Notes under the pieces: model-generated
The model's input: the letters and a program-made list of their open reading frames with translations, nothing else
Told to the model about the DNA's origin: nothing
Databases searched by the model: none
Origin: an uncultured Heliobacteriaceae bacterium
GTDB lineage: Bacteria; Acidobacteriota; Blastocatellia; RBC074
Direction of reading: 5' to 3'
Assembly (NCBI GenBank): GCA_964631865.1
Contig: CAZWAK010000015.1
Location: forward strand, 89-64,088
DNA: 64,000 bases
Position numbers and translations under genes: made by a program
Shown: one piece after another, positions 10,757-21,415 of the stretch
Position numbering within the stretch: the first letter of the stretch is position 1
Layout of the letters: each line of letters opens with the position of its first letter

Positions 10757-11524
10757 ATGTCCACGTTCACCGAATTCTTTCACCCGCATCAACAAGCCGC
10801 GCGCGTCCCATTGTGGCGCGAAGTCGGACTCCTGGCCGAATTATGGCAACTCAAAACTTCGCCCGTGTTGACAGGCCAAAATATTCCGCCCGGCAACGGC
10901 GCGGCAGTCGTCACGATCCCCGGTTTTATGTGCAGCGATTTGTACACGAGCCGCCTGACAAGTTGGTTGCAGCAGGTCGGCTATCGCGCGTATCCGTCAG
11001 GACTTGCACGCAACAACGATTGCCTTGAAAAAGTGCTCCATCAAGTGCTGGCGACGATTGAACGTGCGGCGGCAGAAACGAACGGCCCTGTCCATTTGAT
11101 CGGGCATAGCCTGGGCGGCGTGCTGGCGCGCATCGCGGCGGTGCAGCGGCCTGAGCGAATTGCTTCCGTGCTGACTTTAGCCTCGCCGTTTCGCGGCATC
11201 CGAGCGCATTGGTATATCTTGTGGCTGGGGCAGCGCGTGCGCCAGCGCGTGCAAAACGCAGCCGCCCCGCACTGCTTCACGGGCTTTTGCGCTTGTCCTG
11301 CTGTGACCACGTTGCACCAGGATCTGCCCGCTGCGATCCCGAGTTGCGCGGTGTACACCCGAACCGACGGCATCGTGGATTGGCGCGCGTGCATCCACGA
11401 CGATCCTCGGTCTAATGCCGAAGTGTCGGGCACGCATGTTGGTTTGGTCTTCAACCCGCAAGTCTACCAGTTGATTGGACAGTGGTTGGCGACCAGTCAG
11501 CGTAATCGTGCGATGGCGGCTTGA
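10757..11524 (+). CDS. Alpha/beta-hydrolase (lipase/esterase-like)
   Basis: GHSLGG nucleophile elbow (VHLIGHSLGGVLARIAA). Start chosen at MSTFTEFF (ATG 10757). Confidence 0.65.
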   Translation: MSTFTEFFHPHQQAARVPLWREVGLLAELWQLKTSPVLTGQNIPPGNGAAVVTIPGFMCSDLYTSRLTSWLQQVGYRAYPSGLARNNDCLEKVLHQVLATIERAAAETNGPVHLIGHSLGGVLARIAAVQRPERIASVLTLASPFRGIRAHWYILWLGQRVRQRVQNAAAPHCFTGFCACPAVTTLHQDLPAAIPSCAVYTRTDGIVDWRACIHDDPRSNAEVSGTHVGLVFNPQVYQLIGQWLATSQRNRAMAA

Positions 11525-11537
11525 CGCTCTACAAATT

Positions 11538-12542
11538 ATGGTTGTGACGCGACGAATCATTTGGTTGTGTTTTGTGTTGATGTTGGCCTCGCCTTCGTGG
11601 GCGCAACCCGCTTCGCTTGCGCCTGCCACACCGCCCAAGTCTGAAGCCCCCATCAAAGCTCCGCTGAAAATTCCGGTTTGGGTGGAAACGGAGCAAGGCG
11701 TGTTTTGGGAAGACGGCAAACGGCAATCTTTCAAAGTCTTCCTCGAAGACAAAGAAGTCGTCGTCAAAAGTTTTCAGCATCCGAAAAGCAGCACAGTGCT
11801 GTTGGTCGTCTTCGATACGGTCGCCGACTTAACCCGTGTGGATGAAGCCCGCAACGCCTTGCAAGACGCGATCAAAGGTCTCGGTGAGCAATACTGGATC
11901 GGCTTGCTCAAAGCGCAGGACGGCTTGTCGGTGTTGCAAGAGCCGACTGCGAATCGCGCCGTGCTCAGCGAAAAAATTCAAAGCATTCCTGTCAACGGCA
12001 AAGCGGGTTTGCTCGACACGCTCGAACCTGTTTCGCAACTCGCGACTGCAATGTTGCAAAAAGCCGCCGTGCGCTTGTCTGTGCTTTACATCACCGACAG
12101 CGGCATCGCCAATTACCGCGCCGATTATTTGAACCCGGTCATCAATTCGAGCGATTCAGGCGACCTGAGCCGCCGCTTTTCGGATCGCGCCATTCAAGAG
12201 CGCCTGAGTCGTCTGTCCGAATCGCTGAGCCAGTTCACTGTACCCATCTTCGTTTTGCATTTGGAATATCGCGGCGACAGCTTGAATCTGGCCTATCAAA
12301 GTGGCCTCGAACGCCTCGCCGCTGAATCGGGCGGCGCGGCGGTGTTGTGTCGCACAACGGATGAAATTCGCCCCGCTTTGACCAGCCTCCTCAATCGGAT
12401 TCGCGCGGGTTATCTCGTGACCGTTGAGCCACCCAACACGAAGCGCCAGGCGCTGAAAGTCCGCATTGCCGCGCAGGACGCCGCTGGTCAAAACCTCGAC
12501 CGCGTCACGCATCCCAATTCGTTGACGATCAAGAAGAAGTAG
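11538..12542 (+). CDS. Secreted hypothetical protein (possible VWA-like fold)
   Basis: Signal peptide MVVTRRIIWLCFVLMLASPSWAQP. No recognisable catalytic motif. Confidence 0.55.
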   Translation: MVVTRRIIWLCFVLMLASPSWAQPASLAPATPPKSEAPIKAPLKIPVWVETEQGVFWEDGKRQSFKVFLEDKEVVVKSFQHPKSSTVLLVVFDTVADLTRVDEARNALQDAIKGLGEQYWIGLLKAQDGLSVLQEPTANRAVLSEKIQSIPVNGKAGLLDTLEPVSQLATAMLQKAAVRLSVLYITDSGIANYRADYLNPVINSSDSGDLSRRFSDRAIQERLSRLSESLSQFTVPIFVLHLEYRGDSLNLAYQSGLERLAAESGGAAVLCRTTDEIRPALTSLLNRIRAGYLVTVEPPNTKRQALKVRIAAQDAAGQNLDRVTHPNSLTIKKK

Positions 12543-12599
12543 CTTGACAGTCTCCTGCCCAGCATTTACCATCGCGCTTTGTTTTTGCAGCCAGCGGCG

Positions 12600-13133
12600 A
12601 TGACTAAGAGCGTAGGCACAACCAAACGAACCGCTAAATCATCCCGCGCGCTCCTTGAAAAATTGCCTGCAAATCCGCCAGAAAGTCTAAAAGACGAATT
12701 CTGGATGAACTTCGCATTGGCCGAAGCGCGGCAGGCTGTGCGAGTTGACGAAGTGCCGATTGGCGCGGTGATTGTGCTCGACAACGAAATCATCGGGCGC
12801 GGTCACAATCAACCGATGCGCCGTTGTGATCCAACCGCACATGCCGAAATCCTTGCGCTGCGCGAGGCTGCAAAGCACATTGAAAACTATCGCCTGACCG
12901 AGGCGACGATGTATGTCACGATTGAGCCGTGCGCGATGTGCGCTGGGGCAATCGTCAACGCGCGCATCAAACGGTTGGTTTATGGCGCGACAGAGCCGCG
13001 ACAGGGTGCGGTAAATTCCGTCTTTCAGATTTGTACGAACAGTTCTTTGAATCATCAAGTCGAAGTTACAGCAGGCGTCCAAGAAGAAGACTGCAAAGCG
13101 TTAATGCAGGCGTTCTTCAAAATGCGCCGCTAA
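12600..13133 (+). CDS. tadA: tRNA-specific adenosine deaminase TadA
   Basis: CDA-fold zinc motifs HAE ([10 protein letters not shown]) and PCxxC ([10 protein letters not shown]). Sits directly upstream of tRNA genes. The start could instead be ATG 12705. Confidence 0.8.
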   Translation: MTKSVGTTKRTAKSSRALLEKLPANPPESLKDEFWMNFALAEARQAVRVDEVPIGAVIVLDNEIIGRGHNQPMRRCDPTAHAEILALREAAKHIENYRLTEATMYVTIEPCAMCAGAIVNARIKRLVYGATEPRQGAVNSVFQICTNSSLNHQVEVTAGVQEEDCKALMQAFFKMRR

Positions 13134-13140
13134 ACAATTC

Positions 13141-13370
<230 letters not shown>

Positions 13371-13412
13371 GTTTCTGTAATCTCAAATCTGAAATTTCCA
13401 ATTTGAGATTCT
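13371..13412. repeat. Second copy of the TCTCAAATCT/ATTTGAGATT palindromic repeat
   Basis: gtaatctcaaatctgaaatttccaatttgagattc, an inverted repeat. Confidence 0.55.
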
Positions 13413-13413
13413 T

Positions 13414-13520
13414 ATCAGGCTCCGGCCTTGTGCAATCTTGAGCGCATGAACCCCGCCAGGATCGGAAGATAGCAACGGTAGTGATGCTCGGATGTGCCGC
13501 AGGCCACCGGAGCCTGGCCT
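13414..13520 (+). ncRNA. ffs: Probable signal-recognition-particle RNA (4.5S/small SRP RNA, ffs)
   Basis: Long terminal helix (CAGGCTCCGGCC ... GGCCaccGGAGCCTG). It encloses a domain-IV-like core CCAGGATC-GGAA-GATAGCAAC, resembling the conserved CAGGUCC-GGAA-GGAAGCAGC with GGAA tetraloop. Position upstream of dnaX-ybaB-recR matches the classical scr/ffs synteny. Confidence 0.5.
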
Positions 13521-13560
13521 TCTTTCAATTTCAAATTTGAGATGTCAGATTTGAGATGAA
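13521..13560. repeat. Direct repeats of the ATTTGAGATG motif (third copy of the tRNA-flanking repeat family)
   Basis: caaatttgagatgtcagatttgagatg. Confidence 0.5.
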
Positions 13561-13638
13561 TTACGATCCATACCCAACGAAAAAAGCCACCGCGATTCCG
13601 AGGTGGCTTTTGTTATTTGCCGAGAAGCTGGGGCCAAA

Positions 13639-13911
13639 CTATTTTTTCTTTTTGGCCGTGCCCTTCGCTTTGGCTTCAGCCCAGCGTTTTTGCTGTGCTT
13701 CGCGAATCTTTTGTTTGGCTTCTTCCGACATCGGTCGTTTCTTTTTGCGGGGCTTCGCTGGGGCAGCCGCTTTCGTCGTTTTGCTGCCGCCGACGATGGA
13801 AGCCAACTGATTGCGTTTTGCCTGTAATTGCGCAATCTGCGCATCTATTGCTGCCACCGCTTTGGTGATATGTTCGTTCGGATCGAAGGTTTCGGTTTTA
13901 CCTCGTGGCAT
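13639..13911 (-). CDS. Small lysine-rich basic protein (histone-like tail), hypothetical
   Basis: 90 aa. AAGGAG 8 nt upstream of the ATG at 13911. C-terminal KKKRP...AKKKK tail. Confidence 0.55.
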   Translation of the reverse strand: MPRGKTETFDPNEHITKAVAAIDAQIAQLQAKRNQLASIVGGSKTTKAAAPAKPRKKKRPMSEEAKQKIREAQQKRWAEAKAKGTAKKKK

Positions 13912-14095
13912 TTTATTCTCCTTAAAGATTTAATAGTTTAGTAGGTGAAGACTAAACTTCGTTTCCATGTTGCGGCGGATTGTACTGGAAAGATTTTATT
14001 TTTTCTACAGGTAAGGAGTAGAAAAGTAATTTTTCCCAAAATGATTTATCCCTCGAAGTAATCCAAAATAGTTTCTACTGAAGAAAGCTGGAGTT

Positions 14096-15883
14096 ATGAG
14101 TTATCAGGTTATCGCGCGCAAATATCGCCCTCAAACCTTTGCGGACTTAGCCGGGCAGGAACATATTTCCCGTACACTCAAGAATGCCATTGAAAATCAG
14201 CGCCTGCATCACGCTTATTTATTTTCAGGTGTGCGCGGAACAGGGAAAACCACGACCGCACGCATTCTGGCGAAATGTCTGAATTGCCTCAAGGGAGTTA
14301 CCAGCGAACCTTGTTTGCAATGCCCTTCGTGTACGGAAATTGCGGCGGGTAATGCGCTCGATGTAATCGAAATTGATGCTGCCTCCAATACCGGCGTAGA
14401 TAACGTGCGGGAAGTGATCGTCAATAGTATCTCTATCGCGCCCGCGCGAGATCGGTACAAAGTCTTCATCATTGACGAAGTTCACATGCTCTCGAATCAA
14501 GCCTTCAATGCGCTGCTGAAAACATTAGAGGAGCCGCCCGCACACGTTGTGTTTCTGATGGCCACGACGGAACTGCATAAAGTTCCTGACACCATTCTAT
14601 CGCGTTGCCAGCAGTTCGAGTTTCGGCAAATTCCCGTCGAGAAAATCTTTCAGCGATTGCGCGACATTGCGGACGCTGAGCAAGTCAAAATCAATAATGA
14701 TGCGTTACGCGAAGTCGCGCGCGCAGGCAATGGCAGCCTACGCGATGCGCAATCTGCTTTGGATCAGGTTATTTCTTTCAGCGGGACAGAGATTACTGAA
14801 CAAGACGTAATTCATTCGCTCGGTTTGGTAAGTGCGAAAATATTGGGAAAGACTATCGAAGCACTGGCTGAACAAAATACTGCTGACTTACTCAACGTCG
14901 TAGAAGAATTGGATGCGAGCGGGCACGACCTGCGGTTCTTCACGCGCGAGTTGATGACTTACTTTCGGCACTTATTGGTTATCAAAGCGGGGCTTACTGA
15001 CAGCGACGTTTTGGGCTTGGCTGAAACTGAAATTGCGAAGCTCAAACAGGTATCGCCGCAGTTCTCCGAAGAAGATTTGGTGCGCTTTTTCCACTTACTG
15101 ACAGAGATCGAAAAGCAAATCAAAGATTCTCCTCAACCGCGCTTTCAGTTGGAAATCGGCTTAGTCAAACTCGCGCACGCGACGCGCCTGCGAACTTTGG
15201 ACGAAGTTATCAAACGGCTCGAAGAATTAGCGAGTAACTTTGGCGGCGGAACTCTACCTAAGATGAATTCTGCGCCGCTTCCCGCGAAATCAACCACTCC
15301 TGCGCGCAGCACTGCGCCGCCTGCCACTTCTCAGCGAACCGCGCCACGAATCGAAGAACCTGTTCCTTCCGTTGCCGCGAACTCGTTTGAGGAGCCGCCC
15401 GGCTTCAGTGATTCGTTCGCACAAGATTCGTTGGCGGAACCAACCGTAGAAGCAATGCCGGAACCTGTTGCGCGCCCCGTCGCTGCCGCTGCGCCGTCAT
15501 CGCCAGTTGCGGCGGGGCGTGAAATTGGGGCCATCAAGATGGAGTTGGAAAAGCGCCGCAAACCGCTGATTGTAATGGCGCTGGAAGAAGCGCGCGTCGA
15601 GTACCACAACGGCAAACTTACGGCAACTTTTGCCAGCGAAAATACGTTTTCCAAACGACTGAAAGAAAGCTCGGATTTATTCCGCGAGATCGGCGAACAG
15701 TTGCTCGGACAGCCCTTGCGCGTGGAAGTCAGACTCAATGGGGAAGCGGTTGCGATGCCCGCGCAGGAACCCCAACAAGCGCGCGAAACGTTGCTGGAAA
15801 GCGTCCAAAACAATCCGGCGGTGAAGTTGTTGTTGGAAACTTTTCGTGGCGAAATTGTAGATGTGCGGGAATTGCGGTCTTGA
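14096..15883 (+). CDS. dnaX: DNA polymerase III subunits gamma/tau
   Basis: [49 protein letters not shown], a clamp-loader AAA+ N-terminus, with Pro/Ala-rich tau linker. Confidence 0.92.
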   Translation: MSYQVIARKYRPQTFADLAGQEHISRTLKNAIENQRLHHAYLFSGVRGTGKTTTARILAKCLNCLKGVTSEPCLQCPSCTEIAAGNALDVIEIDAASNTGVDNVREVIVNSISIAPARDRYKVFIIDEVHMLSNQAFNALLKTLEEPPAHVVFLMATTELHKVPDTILSRCQQFEFRQIPVEKIFQRLRDIADAEQVKINNDALREVARAGNGSLRDAQSALDQVISFSGTEITEQDVIHSLGLVSAKILGKTIEALAEQNTADLLNVVEELDASGHDLRFFTRELMTYFRHLLVIKAGLTDSDVLGLAETEIAKLKQVSPQFSEEDLVRFFHLLTEIEKQIKDSPQPRFQLEIGLVKLAHATRLRTLDEVIKRLEELASNFGGGTLPKMNSAPLPAKSTTPARSTAPPATSQRTAPRIEEPVPSVAANSFEEPPGFSDSFAQDSLAEPTVEAMPEPVARPVAAAAPSSPVAAGREIGAIKMELEKRRKPLIVMALEEARVEYHNGKLTATFASENTFSKRLKESSDLFREIGEQLLGQPLRVEVRLNGEAVAMPAQEPQQARETLLESVQNNPAVKLLLETFRGEIVDVRELRS

Positions 15884-15960
15884 GAGTCTGAGGAGTCTGG
15901 AGAGTCTGGAGAGTCAAAAGAATCATTGCCGTCAGCGACTCAAGACTCCTTAGACTTTGA
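15884..15960 (+). terminator. Repeat-rich stem-loop region after dnaX (GAGTCTG x4 direct repeats with inverted AGACTC copies)
   Basis: gagagtctgaggagtctggagagtctggagagtc ... gactcaagactccttagactt can form an extended hairpin. No clean T-run. Confidence 0.35.
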
Positions 15961-16028
15961 TGTGCTATGATGCGGCTTCGCCCCACGAGCTTTATTCACC
16001 ACTAACTATTTTTCAGAGGAGTAATACT

Positions 16029-16340
16029 ATGAGATTTCCTGGCGGGAATGACATGCGGCAGATGATGAAACAAGCGCAGAAGATGCAAGAAACGATGACG
16101 AAAGAACTGGAAGCGATGCGCGTGGATGCCTCAGCCGGCGGCGGGATGGTCAAATGCGAAATGACCGGAACGAAGGAGTTGACCTCCATCAAAATCGAAC
16201 CCGAAGCCGTGAACGACATCGAGATGCTGCAAGACTTGATTGTCGCGGCCATCAACGAAGCCAATCGCAAAGTCGAAGAAGCGATGCAAGGCAAACTGGG
16301 CGGCATGCTCGGCGGCTTGAAGATTCCGGGCTTGATGTAA
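16029..16340 (+). CDS. ybaB: Nucleoid-associated protein YbaB/EbfC
   Basis: [21 protein letters not shown]...KIPGLM. GAGGAG RBS. Conserved dnaX-ybaB-recR order. Confidence 0.85.
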   Translation: MRFPGGNDMRQMMKQAQKMQETMTKELEAMRVDASAGGGMVKCEMTGTKELTSIKIEPEAVNDIEMLQDLIVAAINEANRKVEEAMQGKLGGMLGGLKIPGLM

Positions 16341-16415
16341 GATCAGTTTCGCGTTTCGCGTTTTGTGTTTCGTGGCAAACGCGCGAAACTGGAAAGCGCG
16401 AAACTCGAAACTAAA
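16341..16415. repeat. Imperfect ~70-nt palindrome (GTTTCGCG x2 ... CGCGAAACT x2) between ybaB and recR
   Basis: gtttcgcgtttcgcgttttgtgtttcgtggcaaacgcgcgaaactggaaagcgcgaaactcgaaact. Confidence 0.45.
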
Positions 16416-16419
16416 ACCT

Positions 16420-17034
16420 ATGCTTGATTACGCTGAACCTGTTACCAAATTGATTGATGAATTCAAACGCTTGCCCGGCGTCGGGTACAAATCTGCGCAA
16501 CGGCTCGCGTTTCACATGCTCAAAGCCACGCCGGAAGAAGCTGACCGCTTGATCGAAGCCATCCGCGAAGTCAAAGAGAAGATCACGTTTTGCTCGATTT
16601 GCAATAATCTGACGGACACCGATCCGTGCCGGTACTGCGACAATCCGACGCGCGATCAAACGACCATTTGTGTGGTCGAAGAGCCGTATAACCTCGTCGC
16701 GATTGAAAAGACGCGCGAGTATCACGGCCTCTATCACGTGTTGCACGGCGCGCTCTCGCCGATTCGCGGCATCGGCCCGGACGAATTGAAAATCCGCAGC
16801 CTGATCGAACGTCTGCGCCCGCGCGAAGACCAAGGGCCGGAAGTCGAAGAAGTGATTCTGGCGACGAACCCCAACACCGAAGGCGAGGCGACGGCGAATT
16901 ACCTAAGCCGTTTGCTGAAGCCGCTCGGCGTCAAGGTCACGCGCATCGGTATGGGCTTGCCGGTCGGCAGCGATTTGGAATATGCCGACGAAGTGACGAT
17001 GCACAAGGCGCTGACGAATCGTCACGAAATGTGA
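16420..17034 (+). CDS. recR: Recombination protein RecR
   Basis: [32 protein letters not shown].., Cys4 zinc finger [16 protein letters not shown], Toprim domain. Confidence 0.9.
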   Translation: MLDYAEPVTKLIDEFKRLPGVGYKSAQRLAFHMLKATPEEADRLIEAIREVKEKITFCSICNNLTDTDPCRYCDNPTRDQTTICVVEEPYNLVAIEKTREYHGLYHVLHGALSPIRGIGPDELKIRSLIERLRPREDQGPEVEEVILATNPNTEGEATANYLSRLLKPLGVKVTRIGMGLPVGSDLEYADEVTMHKALTNRHEM

Positions 17035-17036
17035 GT

Positions 17037-17498
17037 ATGAACAGCCTGCTGAAAATGCTGCCTGCGATGATTCAGTTGTCTGGCGACAACGAAGAAGTGC
17101 GCGAGCAGGCCGTTTTTGCCGCCTGGAAAGCGACCACGAATTATCAACTCTCACAAGCGTGCGCGCCCTTTCGGCTCTATCGCAAAACGCTCGTCATTGC
17201 GACCAAAGACCTGACCTGGAAGACGCAAATGGAACGCGAGAGCGCGGGGCTGATCTTCAAGCTGAACTCCAAGCTCGGCGCACCGCTCGTGACCTTCATC
17301 GAATTCCGCGTAGACCCGCACCACGTCGCGCAAATGCGCCCGAAAGAGGCCGACGATTTCCACTTTCAGCACACCGACGAATTGGTCAATGAATTAGCGG
17401 CCAATGCCGCGAAGATTAAAGACGACGCACTGCGCGAAACGTTTTTGCGTGCGGCAGCACGTTGCTTAGAGCGAAAAGAAACAGGAACTCAAAGTTAG
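17037..17498 (+). CDS. DUF721/DciA-like protein (candidate replicative-helicase loader family)
   Basis: Block [40 protein letters not shown] fits the DUF721 signature (..W..EL.....L..KLN..LG...V..I.FRVG). Overlaps the recR stop. Confidence 0.55.
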   Translation: MNSLLKMLPAMIQLSGDNEEVREQAVFAAWKATTNYQLSQACAPFRLYRKTLVIATKDLTWKTQMERESAGLIFKLNSKLGAPLVTFIEFRVDPHHVAQMRPKEADDFHFQHTDELVNELAANAAKIKDDALRETFLRAAARCLERKETGTQS

Positions 17499-17500
17499 CT

Positions 17501-17803
17501 ATGCCCATCTCCAAAGAAGAAGTCACCAAAATCGCTACGCTCTCGAACCTCGCGCTAACGCCCGAAGAAACGGAATCGTTTTCGGTGCAACTCGCGGGCA
17601 TCGTCGCCTACATTGACCAGCTCAGCGAACTCGACACCGCGAACGTGAAAGCGTGGCAACAACGCAGCGCCGGCGATGCGACCGCTTCGTATGCGTCGCG
17701 CGAAGATCGTGTCGAGCCGAGCTTAGGCACAGACATTGCGCTGTCGAATGCGCCTGATCCTGACCTCGGCCATTTCGGTGTACCCAAAGTCATCGGCAGT
17801 TAG
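17501..17803 (+). CDS. gatC: Asp/Glu-tRNA(Asn/Gln) amidotransferase subunit C
   Basis: [27 protein letters not shown].., about 100 aa, directly upstream of gatA. Confidence 0.85.
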   Translation: MPISKEEVTKIATLSNLALTPEETESFSVQLAGIVAYIDQLSELDTANVKAWQQRSAGDATASYASREDRVEPSLGTDIALSNAPDPDLGHFGVPKVIGS

Positions 17804-17827
17804 CCTTCATCCCCGACCCAACGTTTC

Positions 17828-19252
17828 ATGAGCATCCATTTCTCCATTGACGAACTGCACCAACTTTATGCTTCCGGCGATGCGAAGCCGAGCGAAGTGA
17901 TCGCTGCCGCACTGGCGCGTATCGAACAAACGAACGAACGGCTCAACACCTTCATCACGATCAATAAAGACGCGGCTTTGCAGCAAGCACAGGCTGCCGA
18001 CGCGAACATCAAAGACGCTCTCGCCACACAACCGCTCGCAGGCATTCCGGTCGCCGTCAAAGACAATATGTGTACGACGGGGCTGCGCACAACGTGCGGC
18101 TCGAAGATTCTCGGCAACTTCCTTCCGCCCTACACCGCGACCGCCGTTGCCAAGCTCGAAGCTGCGGGCGCGATCCTCGTCGGCAAAACGAATTGCGATG
18201 AATTTGCGATGGGGTCGTCGAATGAAAACTCGGCGTTCGGGCCAGTGCGCAATCCCGTCAATGAAGACTACGTGCCGGGCGGCAGTTCGGGCGGTTCTGC
18301 CGTCGCGGTCGCAGCGGATTTGTGTTCCGTGACGCTCGGTTCCGACACGGGCGGTTCGATTCGCCAACCCGCTTCGTTTTGCGGCGTCGTCGGATTGAAA
18401 CCGACGTATGGTCGCGTGTCGCGCTACGGCCTTGTCGCGTTTGCATCATCGCTCGATCAAATTGGCCCATTTGGCAACAACGTCCGCGACGTCGCACGAA
18501 CGCTCGGCGTGATTGCGGGGCGAGATCGCTATGATGCGACATCCTCAAATCAACCTGTGCCGAATTTCGTGAATGCTTTGACTGGCGACATCAAAGGCTT
18601 GCGCATCGGCGTGCCGCCCGAATGCTTTGGCGAAGGGCTGGATGCGGAAGTCAAAGTGAGCGTCGAAGCCGCCATCCAGAAGCTCGCCGGACGCGGCGCG
18701 GAAATTGTCGAAGTCACATTGCCGCACTCGAAATATGTGGTTGCTGTTTACTACTTGATTGCGACCGCCGAAGCGTCATCGAACCTCGCGCGCTTCGATG
18801 GCGTGCGCTATGGCTATCGCTCCGCGACCGCGAAAACATTGGCTGAAATGTATCAGCACTCGCGCGACGAAGGTTTCGGCGCAGAAGTCAAACGCCGCAT
18901 CATGCTCGGCACATTTGCGTTATCGTCGGGCTATTACGACGCCTATTACGAAAAAGCCCAGCGCGTCCGCACGATGCTGTGTCAGGACTTTGCCGCCGCG
19001 TTTGAGCAATGTGATGTGATTGCGACGCCGACCGCGCCGACGCCTGCTTTTAAGCTCGGCGAAAAAGTGGATGATCCGTTGGCGATGTATCTGGACGACA
19101 TTTTCACGGTGACGATCAACCTCGTCGGCGTGCCTGCGATCAGCGTTCCGTGCGGCACGTCGAGTGCGGGCTTGCCGATTGGCTTGCAGTTGATCGGGAA
19201 TCATTTTGACGAAGCGCGGTTGCTGAATGCCGCGTATGCTTATGAAAATTGA
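17828..19252 (+). CDS. gatA: Glu-tRNA(Gln) amidotransferase subunit A
   Basis: Amidase signature [36 protein letters not shown]. Confidence 0.9.
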   Translation: MSIHFSIDELHQLYASGDAKPSEVIAAALARIEQTNERLNTFITINKDAALQQAQAADANIKDALATQPLAGIPVAVKDNMCTTGLRTTCGSKILGNFLPPYTATAVAKLEAAGAILVGKTNCDEFAMGSSNENSAFGPVRNPVNEDYVPGGSSGGSAVAVAADLCSVTLGSDTGGSIRQPASFCGVVGLKPTYGRVSRYGLVAFASSLDQIGPFGNNVRDVARTLGVIAGRDRYDATSSNQPVPNFVNALTGDIKGLRIGVPPECFGEGLDAEVKVSVEAAIQKLAGRGAEIVEVTLPHSKYVVAVYYLIATAEASSNLARFDGVRYGYRSATAKTLAEMYQHSRDEGFGAEVKRRIMLGTFALSSGYYDAYYEKAQRVRTMLCQDFAAAFEQCDVIATPTAPTPAFKLGEKVDDPLAMYLDDIFTVTINLVGVPAISVPCGTSSAGLPIGLQLIGNHFDEARLLNAAYAYEN

Positions 19253-19265
19253 ACCTACTACGACT

Positions 19266-20426
19266 ATGAAAACTCAACGCCGCGAATTTCTCAAAACTAC
19301 TGGCCTTGCCACTTTGTCTCTTGCTATGCCCGCTGCTGCCAAATCGAATGAACTGCTCGTCTATGTCGGCACGTACACGAACAAAGGCACGAGCGAGGGC
19401 ATTTACGTTTGCAAACTGAATTTGGCGACAGGCGCGCTGACAAAATTCAGCTCAATCAAATCCGACAATCCGGCGTTTCTCGCGCTGGATCGCAAGCGCA
19501 GGTTTCTCTATGCCGCGAATGAAATCGGCGAGTTTGCGGGCAAAAAATCCGGCGCGGTCAGCGCGTTTGCCATCAACCAGAAAACCGGCGAACTCACGTT
19601 CCTCAATCAGCAGGCGACGAACAGCCCGGGGCCGTGCAGCGTCATTGTGGACAAAACCGGCAAATGCGTGCTGACCGCGAATTATTCGGGCGGCAGCATC
19701 ACGGCGTTTCCGGTCAAGCCCGACGGCAGCTTGAGCGAGGCGAGTGATCTCGTTCAGCATCAAGGCTCCAGCGTGAACCCAGATCGGCAGAAAGAGCCGC
19801 ATGCGCACACGATCATCATTGACGACAGCAATCGCTTTGCGTTTTGCGCGGACTTGGGAATGGACAAGGTGATGATTTACAAACTTGATGCGAGGCGCGG
19901 CAAGTTGACGCCGAATACGCAGGCTTTCGCGCCCGTCAAATCTGGGGCTGGGCCGCGTCATTTCAAGCTTCATCCGAACAACAAATTTGCCTACGTCATC
20001 AATGAATTGGATTCGACGGTCACGGCCTTTGCGTATGACAAGACGCAAGGCACGCTGAAAGAAATCCAAACGATTCCCACGTTGCCGGGCGATTTTACAG
20101 GGATGAATTACTGCGCCGACATTCACGTGCATCCTTCCGGCAAATTCCTGTACGGCTCCAATCGCGGGCACGACAGCATCGTCGCGTTTGCGGTGGATGG
20201 CGCGACAGGCAGGCTGAGCGTCGTTCAGCATCAAGCGACGGGTGGCAAATGGCCGCGCAATTTCGCGGTTGATCCGACCGGGCAATTTTTATTGGTCGCC
20301 AATCAGAACACGGACAACATTGTGGTCTTTCGTCTGAACCAACAAAACGGTCAGCTCACGCCCACCGGGCACACGCTGGAACTCCCCCTGCCGGTCTGCC
20401 TGAAACTGATCCCGAGTTTTTCCTGA
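19266..20426 (+). CDS. TAT-exported 7-bladed beta-propeller lactonase (6-phosphogluconolactonase/YbhE-like)
   Basis: Twin-arginine signal QRREFLKTTGLATLSLAMPAAA. Lactonase family blocks (LLVYVGTYT.., PHAHTIIIDD, HPSGKFLYGSNRGHDSI). Confidence 0.72.
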   Translation: MKTQRREFLKTTGLATLSLAMPAAAKSNELLVYVGTYTNKGTSEGIYVCKLNLATGALTKFSSIKSDNPAFLALDRKRRFLYAANEIGEFAGKKSGAVSAFAINQKTGELTFLNQQATNSPGPCSVIVDKTGKCVLTANYSGGSITAFPVKPDGSLSEASDLVQHQGSSVNPDRQKEPHAHTIIIDDSNRFAFCADLGMDKVMIYKLDARRGKLTPNTQAFAPVKSGAGPRHFKLHPNNKFAYVINELDSTVTAFAYDKTQGTLKEIQTIPTLPGDFTGMNYCADIHVHPSGKFLYGSNRGHDSIVAFAVDGATGRLSVVQHQATGGKWPRNFAVDPTGQFLLVANQNTDNIVVFRLNQQNGQLTPTGHTLELPLPVCLKLIPSFS

Positions 20427-21415
20427 GACCTCTTCTGCTTTGCAAAAATATAGCGAAAGGATGTTAACTTATCACTTGACTCCCTTCGGCGCTGTGTGTA
20501 TTCTCCCCCTCGCTAGGCTAACTAATCTTTGTTTAAGAAAAGTGATTGTTAGACAATTACTCATTCTGGCTGAGAAGTACAGACTATAGTGACTTTAGAA
20601 TGGGCAGTTCCTTGTGAGCTAACCTGGCGAAAGCAAAGTTGCTATATTCGCAGTTTCCAGACACTGGTGGCGTGGTACTGCGGATTGCTAGTCACACCAC
20701 TTCGTGCTCAAGAAAACAGGCGTTTCTTTAGCAGAGCAAGGTGCTGGGAGTTTTCTTGAAAATTAAGCAAGAAACCCCTAAGCATTTGTAACGTTGGTAT
20801 AAGAAACCAACCCTCAATTCCTGAGTTGTACCCGGCAGCAACTTAGTATTCCCCCATATTACTGTTTCGTTACCTTTCGGAGTGCCCCAGTACTCCTTCC
20901 TTGGTGTTTCTACTGTAAAGCGCAAGGAATCGCGATTTTTTTGGGGACTGTTCGGAAAGCGAACTACACGGTCAGGTGTACGTGTATGCCATTTGCCCCA
21001 GCAACAAAATGTCTAAAAGGCACTCACAAAATGCTTCTATCTCTCAGGGCGAAGTTCTGTCGTTTTTTTCCTGTAGTTAGTCGCGCTTTGCATTGCGCTG
21101 AAAAAAAGTCGTTGCAAGGCAACGGAGGCTGTGTTGGCACGAACATTATTGAGGCCCGGCAGCGGTAGAAGAGAACGCTCCTGGCAACGCTAGAGCGAAG
21201 GACATCAGGTGGAACCCTTATGTTGTTATTGATCACTCAGCAAGAGCCTTTCCTGCTGCTGTTATTGGGAATTTTATTGCTGTGTGTGGCGGCAGGGCTG
21301 GAGCGGAATCGGCTGAGTTGGATGAAAAGCAAATTCGTCGGGAAGGGACTCGAGGCTCGGTCATTGCTATCGCACAAACGAGTCTCCCCAACCATTAACT
21401 ATCATCGAGGTCGCA

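Noticed and set aside
21124-21145. Sigma-54-like promoter TGGCACGAACATTATTGA upstream of the EPS locus
   Set aside because: The -24 TGGCAC is present, but the -12 element at the required spacing is TA/TT rather than GC. Insufficient match.
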